A DNA stretch of 64,000 nucleotides, taken from contig JAYEGX010000055.1 in assembly GCA_034659295.1 (NCBI GenBank), positions 9,726 to 73,725 of the forward strand, in the 5' to 3' direction. The notes under the pieces are model-generated. The model ran no database searches. It was not told the DNA's origin and saw nothing but the letters and a program-made list of their open reading frames with translations. Positions 57,242 to 64,000 of this stretch are shown here, in pieces; position 1 is the first letter of the stretch; each line of letters starts with the position of its first letter. This DNA is from Candidatus Altiarchaeota archaeon. GTDB taxonomy: Archaea; Altiarchaeota; Altiarchaeia; IMC4; QMZM01. Position numbers and translations under genes: made by a program.

Positions 57242-58192
57242 TTAACTGGACAACGACTTCAACAACATAATCCGGGCAATCAACGCCTCCAGCTGGATGC
57301 GCTCATTAGCGCCCTCCACCAGGGCATAATTAGCCTCCCCGATTAAATCAATGACGCGAATTTTTAGCTCATCACCCTCATCCAACTTCAAGACCTCCCT
57401 GCTCATCTGCACGATAACATCCTCACCCGACATCCCGTAATCAATAATCAACTTGTCAACCAGGCCCCTGGCATCCATGAAACTCCCTCCAAGTGAAAGC
57501 TCCAAAAGATTTCTGATGTCCTCAGGCCTTGCCCTAGAAGAGATAGCGTAAACGTTATCCTCATCCACCCTCCCCACGGCAGCAGCCGACTGCAGCAGGT
57601 TAACAGCCTGACGCATATCACCCTCGGCTAGATAGGTTAATGCATCCAAGCCGCTTTCATCGAAACCCACACCCTCCTGCTCCAGGATAAACTCCAGCCG
57701 CCCCCTAATAGCCTCATCAGACAAACCCCGGAAACGGAAAACAGCACACCTGCTCTGTATCGGGTCGATAATCTTGCTGCTATAGTTGCACGATAAGATA
57801 AAACGACACGTTAAGGCATAGCTCTCCATCGTCCTCCTTAAGGCGTTCTGGGCATCGGATGTTAAGGCATCCGCCTCATCCAGGAAGATAATCTTGAAGT
57901 CTCCAGTAATAGAACGGGTTCTTGCGAAATCCTTGATTTTTGTGCGAACAACATCGATACCCCTCTCATCTGAGGCATTCAACTCCAAGAAATTACCCCT
58001 CACATCCCCAAACAACTCCCGGGTGATGCACAAGGCTGCTGTGGTCTTGCCGGATCCTGCCGGCCCGGCAAACAAGAGATGAGGCATGGATTTAGCCTTA
58101 ACATAGGCCATAAAACGGTCCACGATAGCCTCCTGCCCCGCCACCTCATCAAGCCTTTTGGGCCTGTATTTCTCAGTCCAAGGTTGCTCCAT
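57242..58192 (-). CDS. rfcS: Replication factor C small subunit
   Basis: WTEKYRP, GPAGSGKTT, ELNASDERGID, LDEAD, AQNALRR, IQSRC; no intein. Confidence 0.97.
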   Translation of the reverse strand: MEQPWTEKYRPKRLDEVAGQEAIVDRFMAYVKAKSMPHLLFAGPAGSGKTTAALCITRELFGDVRGNFLELNASDERGIDVVRTKIKDFARTRSITGDFKIIFLDEADALTSDAQNALRRTMESYALTCRFILSCNYSSKIIDPIQSRCAVFRFRGLSDEAIRGRLEFILEQEGVGFDESGLDALTYLAEGDMRQAVNLLQSAAAVGRVDEDNVYAISSRARPEDIRNLLELSLGGSFMDARGLVDKLIIDYGMSGEDVIVQMSREVLKLDEGDELKIRVIDLIGEANYALVEGANERIQLEALIARIMLLKSLSS

Positions 58193-58263
58193 TGTAACTA
58201 GTATTTAGACGGAACATTAATTAAGGAATTGAAATTTAATGCCAGACTCTAATTTATAAGACA

Positions 58264-61200
58264 ATGGGTAAGAGACTTAATCTCCCCCGGCTGGAGGAAG
58301 AGATACAGGAGTACTGGAGGGAAAACACCATATATCGGCAGGTATGTGAGGCTGGGAAGGGAGGGGAGAAATACTATTTCTGCCAGGGTCCGCCGTTCAC
58401 CTCCGGAACAGCGCACATAGGGCACGCATGGAATCACGCCATAAAGGACGCGGTCATCAGATACAAGACCATGCAGGGATTTGACGTCTACAGAAGAGCT
58501 GGGTGGGACATGCACGGCCTGCCCATCGAAGTAAAGGTAGAGGAAGAAGTTCTGGGTAGCAGAAGCAAGAAGGACATAGAGGAATACGGGATAGAAAACT
58601 TCATAACCGAGTGCAAGAAGTTCGCCATCCAAAACATGAACAACATGACCTCCCAGCTCGAAAGGCTTGGAGCGTGGCTTAACTGGGATGACCCATACAT
58701 GAGCATAGACCCAAGATACATGGAGAGCGTCTGGTTTCTCATGAAAAAAGCCCATGAGAAGAAACTCCTCTACGAGGACAAGCAGGTGATACACTGGTGT
58801 CCCAGATGCGAGACCGCTATGGCCGGATATGAGGTAAGAGACGAATACCGGAATGTGCTGGATCACTCAATCTATGTGAAAGCCAGGCTCGAAGATACAG
58901 ACAGTTTTATAGTAATCTGGACCACCACCCCATGGACCCTGCCCTCCAACACAGGGATAGCAGTGCACCCAAGATATGAATACGTGAAGGTTGAATACAT
59001 GGGAAAGGACTATATTCTTGCCAGAAAGCGGCTTGAGGAAATAGCTGGAGAGATATTTCCGAAGGGAGACTACCGGGTGATAGAGGAGTTCATGGGAGAG
59101 AAACTTGAGGGAAGCGAATATGAACCTATTCTAGACATCAAAATCCAGAAGGAATTCACGAGAAAGATTGTTGTAGACGAGGAACTGGTTAACCTGGAGG
59201 GGGGGACAGGTTGCGTTCACCTGGCTCCGGGGCACGGGGAGGAAGACTTTAGGATAGGTAAGCGAGATAATCTAGAGATGATATCCCCTGTAGATGAGGG
59301 AGGGCGTTTCACCATAGAACCATATGTGGGAGAATACATAAGGGACAGCAATAGTGTTATCATCAAACAACTGGATGAGGGGGATAACCTCCTTTATGCC
59401 GGAAAGAAAAGTCACTCATACCCACACTGCTGGCGGTGCAAGGAGCCTTTGCTTTTGAGGGCGACCAAGCAGTGGTTTCTCTCGGTTTCGAAGATAAGAG
59501 ATAGTCTGCTTGAGAAAAACAGGGAGATAGATTGGGTTCCCGGATGGGTTGGCACAGGGAGGTTCGAGAACTGGCTAAGCAATGCGAGAGACTGGTGCAT
59601 ATCCCGGCAGAGGTACTGGAACACCCCACTGCCCATATGGCGCTGCAGCTGTGGGAATGTGGAGGTAATCGGGCGCCTGGAGGAGTTAAGGGATAAGGCA
59701 ACAACAGAAATTAATGTTGAAAAAATAGACCTGCACAGGCCCTCCATAGACGAAATAAAAATAGAATGCAGCTGCGGTAAAGAAATGAGAAGAGTGGAGG
59801 ATGTATTGGACGTGTGGCTTGACTCAGGGTGTGCCTCATGGGCTAACCTCGGGTACCCCAGCCGGGAGGATAAATTCAAGCAACTGTTCCCGGCTGATTT
59901 CATAACAGAAGGAAGTGACCAGACCAGGGGGTGGTTTTATTCCCTGCTGGTCTCCTCCATAATAGCATTCGATGAGGTACCATACAAGAGGGTTTTATAC
60001 CACGGCTTTACATTAGATGATGAGGGCAGGAAGATGAGCAAATCACAGGGGAACGTTATAGACCCATTTGAGGTGACAGACAAATACGGGGCAGACGTTC
60101 TGAGATACTACATGCTCTGGACCTCGGTACCCTGGGAGGATCTGAGGTTCTCATATGAGGGGTTGGGGATAATCAACAGATTAATGCACATGCTCTGGAA
60201 CATATACTCTTTTTCGGAAACATATATGGAACTGGATAAATACAGCATAGAAAAGGAATACAAGCTCGAATTCCAGCTAGAGGACAAGTACATTCTCTCA
60301 AGATACAATTCGCTTGTGGACGAGGTCACATCAGACTACGAGAAGCTCTACCTCTTTGACGTTTGCAGGAAGATACAGTCTTTTATACTGGAGCTAAGCA
60401 GGTTCTATGTGAAGCTGGTCAGGGACCGGGTGTGGATTGAGGGAGAAGACCCGAGGAAGATGTCGGTTTATTACACACTACATCATGTATTAACCGGATT
60501 ATGTAAGCTGATGGCCCCCATAGCACCCCACATCACGGAAAGAATGTACATGAACCTCACAGGTGCGCAAAGCCTGCACCTAGCTTCATGGCCTCAGGCA
60601 GACAAGTCCGGCATATACGGGGAACTGGAGGAGGATGTGGGGATAGCACAGCAGATAATAGAGTCCGTGATATCCGCAAGACAGGACTCCGGAATAAAAC
60701 TGAGGTGGCCCATCTCCCGGATTATTGTCGCACCCAAGGGAAAATGGAGTCTTAAGAGGCTTGAGGAATTAATTCTAAAGATGTGCAACGCCAAGGAGCT
60801 GGAGGTCAGGGATGTGGAAACCGAAACCGCAGCTAAACTAAACTACTCAAGCCTGGGTCCGAAGCTCAAGAACAAGATGAGGGAAGTGGAGAAGGAGCTG
60901 GTTAAGAAGGATGCCGGGAAAATAAGAGAAGAGATGGATAAGAAGGGCGTGTATGAACTTAATGGTTACACCCTTGAGAAAGAAGACCTCATATTCGAGA
61001 CCAGGATAAGCGATGATATAATAGCTAAGGAATACAGCCAGGGTGTTGTGTACATAGACTCCAAGCTCAGTGACATGCTATACTCTGAGGCCATGGCCAG
61101 GGAAGCCATAAGGAGGATACAGGATATGAGAAAGGAACTGGATTTGGAGGAAACAAGAAAGATGAAGGCTTCAATAGAATGCGGTAAAGACTTCAGAGGG

Positions 61201-61341
61201 TATCTTCAGAAAAACAAGCGTTTCATCGAGAAAGAAACCAGAAGCATTCTATCATTCGGCAAAGGCGGAGGCTTTATCAAGGAATGGGATATAGAGAAAA
61301 ACAAGGTAACAATATACTTGAAGGAGACAGGAAATGAATGA
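58264..61341 (+). CDS. ileS: Isoleucine--tRNA ligase
   Basis: GPPFTSGTAHIGH, GWDMHGLPIE, WTTTPWTLP, DWCISRQRYW, DQTRGWF, KMSKS. Confidence 0.97.
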   Translation: MGKRLNLPRLEEEIQEYWRENTIYRQVCEAGKGGEKYYFCQGPPFTSGTAHIGHAWNHAIKDAVIRYKTMQGFDVYRRAGWDMHGLPIEVKVEEEVLGSRSKKDIEEYGIENFITECKKFAIQNMNNMTSQLERLGAWLNWDDPYMSIDPRYMESVWFLMKKAHEKKLLYEDKQVIHWCPRCETAMAGYEVRDEYRNVLDHSIYVKARLEDTDSFIVIWTTTPWTLPSNTGIAVHPRYEYVKVEYMGKDYILARKRLEEIAGEIFPKGDYRVIEEFMGEKLEGSEYEPILDIKIQKEFTRKIVVDEELVNLEGGTGCVHLAPGHGEEDFRIGKRDNLEMISPVDEGGRFTIEPYVGEYIRDSNSVIIKQLDEGDNLLYAGKKSHSYPHCWRCKEPLLLRATKQWFLSVSKIRDSLLEKNREIDWVPGWVGTGRFENWLSNARDWCISRQRYWNTPLPIWRCSCGNVEVIGRLEELRDKATTEINVEKIDLHRPSIDEIKIECSCGKEMRRVEDVLDVWLDSGCASWANLGYPSREDKFKQLFPADFITEGSDQTRGWFYSLLVSSIIAFDEVPYKRVLYHGFTLDDEGRKMSKSQGNVIDPFEVTDKYGADVLRYYMLWTSVPWEDLRFSYEGLGIINRLMHMLWNIYSFSETYMELDKYSIEKEYKLEFQLEDKYILSRYNSLVDEVTSDYEKLYLFDVCRKIQSFILELSRFYVKLVRDRVWIEGEDPRKMSVYYTLHHVLTGLCKLMAPIAPHITERMYMNLTGAQSLHLASWPQADKSGIYGELEEDVGIAQQIIESVISARQDSGIKLRWPISRIIVAPKGKWSLKRLEELILKMCNAKELEVRDVETETAAKLNYSSLGPKLKNKMREVEKELVKKDAGKIREEMDKKGVYELNGYTLEKEDLIFETRISDDIIAKEYSQGVVYIDSKLSDMLYSEAMAREAIRRIQDMRKELDLEETRKMKASIECGKDFRGYLQKNKRFIEKETRSILSFGKGGGFIKEWDIEKNKVTIYLKETGNE

Positions 61342-62200
61342 GCTGAAGATTAAAAAGGTCAAGCCAAAGGTGTGGAATCTGGAGGTGATTAAGGGAGTAG
61401 AGGCCTGGAAGGAGGTCGTTTACTCAGCGAGAATGAGCGGTGTGCCACCGCAGGTGAAGGACAGAAACTGTTTTAGGATGATGATAGAAAACGACTACAG
61501 CTCCTCCCTGGAACATATAATCATCAAGTTTGATTTAAAGATGAGCAAGGGCAACGCCCCAGAATTTCTGGAGCACCGGATGGTAAGCCACAGCGGATAT
61601 TCCACCAGATACATTGAGGTAAGCAAGGGCATAGAAAAGAAAGAAGACGCCTATGAAGTAATCATTCCAGAGCATCTGCTGGATAACGAAATAAAAACTG
61701 AATCAGGTGGTTTATTATCCGATAACATAGATGAATCGATTAAGGCATACAGGAATCTTGTGGATAAAAAAGTGCCCCGGGAGATAGCCAGATACATGCT
61801 GCCCTTCGCCCAGGCCGTTGGCATATATCATGTCACCATAAACCTTAGGTCCCTACTTAACATGCTATCACTACGCCTCTGCGTGCGTTCGTCCCCCGAA
61901 TTAAGGTGCATAGCCAGCCAGCTCTACATTAAACTGATTAAAGAGCTTCCGCAGATGCAGGATCTTGTCGGATGCCGGGGTTTTATGAAAGGCTGCTGCC
62001 CGGAAAGCGGCGTAACAGGTGTCAGGGCAGGCGAGCAGCACAAGCACTACCCTGTATGCCCATTCAAGTTCCCGGACACAGGCATCTACATACCAACCGT
62101 AAAGGAGCTCAGAAAGGGTGTGACAGTTAAGGAATTCGACAAAGAAAAAGCCCTCAAGACCAGGGAATCGCTCTACAGGAAATGGATGAGCTGGGAATAG
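61334..62200 (+). CDS. thyX: FAD-dependent thymidylate synthase (divergent)
   Basis: SSLEH, EHRxxxxxxxSTRY (variant of RHRx7S), REIARYMLP, INLRSL..LRLC. Confidence 0.8.
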   Translation: MNELKIKKVKPKVWNLEVIKGVEAWKEVVYSARMSGVPPQVKDRNCFRMMIENDYSSSLEHIIIKFDLKMSKGNAPEFLEHRMVSHSGYSTRYIEVSKGIEKKEDAYEVIIPEHLLDNEIKTESGGLLSDNIDESIKAYRNLVDKKVPREIARYMLPFAQAVGIYHVTINLRSLLNMLSLRLCVRSSPELRCIASQLYIKLIKELPQMQDLVGCRGFMKGCCPESGVTGVRAGEQHKHYPVCPFKFPDTGIYIPTVKELRKGVTVKEFDKEKALKTRESLYRKWMSWE

Positions 62201-62201
62201 A

Positions 62202-63176
62202 CTACAGCCCCTCCCTGAGTTCCCCGGCTGCTGCGCACATGTTGGCAAGTTTCTTAAAAGAAACCTGAGAGCTTAAAAGCTTAAGTCCACAATCCGGGTC
62301 CACATACACCCGTTTTGGCTCTACAATCTCGAAGGCCTTCCTTATGTTAGCTTTTATCTCATCAACCGACTCGATCCTTGTCGTGTGCACGTCCACGCAA
62401 CCGAAGCCGATATCCTTGGTGAAATCATGCTCCCTGAATATGCTGATGTCCTGAAATCCCTTGTTAGCAAGCTCCAAATCCAGCTGATCCACCGGGAAAT
62501 CAAGTATCTCAGGATACATCTTCGAGTAATCACCGTAGCAGATATGCAATCCCGTGTATGCCTTAACTCCCTTGGTTGCTATCTCCACAGAGTTTTTTGC
62601 TATCTCCAGCTCATCCAGATGGGTTGGTATAGCCGGGTCATCTATTTGAATAAAGGATGCTCCAGCCGCCACCAGAGCCTTCAACTCCCGGTTGATTACC
62701 TCAGCCAGGGCATAAACCGCATCCTCCTTAGTCCTGTAGTGCTCGTTGAAACTCCAGTCCACTATAGTATATGGCCCGGTTATTGGAACCTTGATATCAT
62801 GGTCGGTTAAATCCCTGAGATTTCTGTATTCGTTGACAGTCAACTCATCCCGGTATCTTAATTCATCAACGATAGATGGCTTCCTGTAGAAATTGTTACC
62901 CCACACCCGCACCTCGCCGTAGATGGTAAAGCCGTCAATGTGATCTGCGAAATAAGAGGTCATCTCCTCCCTCCGCATCTCCCCATCCCAGATTATGTCA
63001 ACACCAGCCAGCTCATGCTCCTTTACCACCGCCTTGATGGAATCAGAGAACGCCGACTCCATTACATCATCCGGGAGGCTGCCATCAGAGTGCTCCCTGA
63101 TCAAGTGATTAAGCCACTTCGGCTTCGGGTAGCTTCCAACCACAGTAGTAGGTAATATTTTATCGCTCATCTTCAA
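62202..63176 (-). CDS. metE: Methionine synthase, MetE C-terminal (catalytic) barrel, archaeal type
   Basis: TTVVGSYPKP, DGEMRR, TGPYT, IQIDDP, HICYG, ELAN, PDCGL (Zn ligands). Confidence 0.9.
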   Translation of the reverse strand: MKMSDKILPTTVVGSYPKPKWLNHLIREHSDGSLPDDVMESAFSDSIKAVVKEHELAGVDIIWDGEMRREEMTSYFADHIDGFTIYGEVRVWGNNFYRKPSIVDELRYRDELTVNEYRNLRDLTDHDIKVPITGPYTIVDWSFNEHYRTKEDAVYALAEVINRELKALVAAGASFIQIDDPAIPTHLDELEIAKNSVEIATKGVKAYTGLHICYGDYSKMYPEILDFPVDQLDLELANKGFQDISIFREHDFTKDIGFGCVDVHTTRIESVDEIKANIRKAFEIVEPKRVYVDPDCGLKLLSSQVSFKKLANMCAAAGELREGL

Positions 63177-64000
63177 TCAACAGATGCACTTAACACCCCC
63201 ATCTTCTCCGAGGCCTTAACATAAGGCAGATACTCCAGTCCGGTGTTAGGTGAGAGAAACAATTTCTCACCAGATACCAGCTCAGCTATTGAATCGATCA
63301 ATTCCTTAACCTTGGAGGGTTTTTCCATACGAGTGGTTCTACCATCCACAACACCCGCCTGAATAATTTTTTCGGTGGGATGCTCCCCAATAAGCCCAAG
63401 GTTTTCCTCCAAGCCCTCCACGAAATCCAAACCCAAAACATCAACAGGATAATCAAGGAGTTCAGGATAAAGGTTTTTAGCACCCCTAAAGTAGGTTGCA
63501 AGAATAAATGAGGCATCAACACCCTTGGTTAAAACCTCAAAGGCCTCCTTTGCTTCAATAACCTCCTCTTTTTCGGCATACAGCAACGAGGGCTCATCCA
63601 CCTGTATAAAAGATGCTCCGGCATCAGCAAGAGCTCTGGCCTCCTGGTTCATAACACCTGCCACATCCATCAGAAACTCTTTCTCATCTCCATAGAACTT
63701 GTTCCGGGATAAATCAACCAGTGAATAGCAGGACAAAACCGGCTTGATATTTGTCTCCAGATTACATGCGGCCAGGTATTCATCCAAAATCAATGATTTC
63801 TTTCTCTCAACTTTACCAACAACCTCAGGCATCTGATAATACATGTTGTTGTCGAAGTAACGTATCAAACCAGACAACCTCAAACCGTCCATGCCCCCAA
63901 ATAGATGGCAGAGCATGTTCCGCCAGAGAAGCTGGCCATCTGTTGGCAAATCAATCCCCGCCGTCCTTTGCTCACCCAATACCTCCTTTAGAGCCTTCAG
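63173..64000 (-). CDS. MetE N-terminal-barrel-like protein (split methionine synthase partner); 5' end outside the window
   Basis: Frame open to the window edge (LKALKEVLGEQRTAGIDLPTDGQ); RYFDNNMYY, IQVDEP, TYF, GLDFV, GVVDGR; lacks the Zn-ligand Cys. Confidence 0.8.
   Translation of the reverse strand: MKALKEVLGEQRTAGIDLPTDGQLLWRNMLCHLFGGMDGLRLSGLIRYFDNNMYYQMPEVVGKVERKKSLILDEYLAACNLETNIKPVLSCYSLVDLSRNKFYGDEKEFLMDVAGVMNQEARALADAGASFIQVDEPSLLYAEKEEVIEAKEAFEVLTKGVDASFILATYFRGAKNLYPELLDYPVDVLGLDFVEGLEENLGLIGEHPTEKIIQAGVVDGRTTRMEKPSKVKELIDSIAELVSGEKLFLSPNTGLEYLPYVKASEKMGVLSASVD

Noticed and set aside
57242..61341. Inteins in rfcS or ileS (also checked rtcB)
   Set aside because: Lengths are normal and no intein motifs were seen

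Overview
Archaeal chromosomal segment, shown by aIF-5A, L15e, L44e, S27e, NMD3, Taw3, RtcB, archease and the RFC small subunit. Biosynthetic genes (purB, hom, MetE-type genes, riboflavin reductase) argue against an extremely reduced genome. An Altiarchaeota/DPANN-related lineage is my inference only. Four accessory regions interrupt the housekeeping blocks. (1) A lipoprotein CAZyme/esterase pair with an orphan gene fragment (2.5-8.8 kb). (2) A TnpA-less IS200/IS605-type tnpB element whose ends, empty site and probable TAM can be reconstructed; it sits silently between an ACT-domain gene and hom (9.9-11.3 kb). (3) An AT-rich islet with a DUF5131/TcmP pair and small DNA-binding genes (12.3-15.7 kb). 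(4) The most striking: a ~20 kb cell-surface locus (36.4-56.8 kb). It holds five tandem VirB6/TrbL-like polytopic membrane paralogues, a 1549-aa Cys-rich surface protein and two large proteins in which a VirB2/TrbC-pilin-like hairpin is fused to PKD repeats and bacterial peptidoglycan-cleaving domains (Amidase_3 + GH23 lytic transglycosylase + M64-like zincin in one, an M15/LAS-like Zn-peptidase in the other). This suggests an archaeal contact-dependent apparatus for breaching bacterial cell walls. All family assignments come from motif recognition by eye; no database searches were run. I saw no tRNA, rRNA or CRISPR array.
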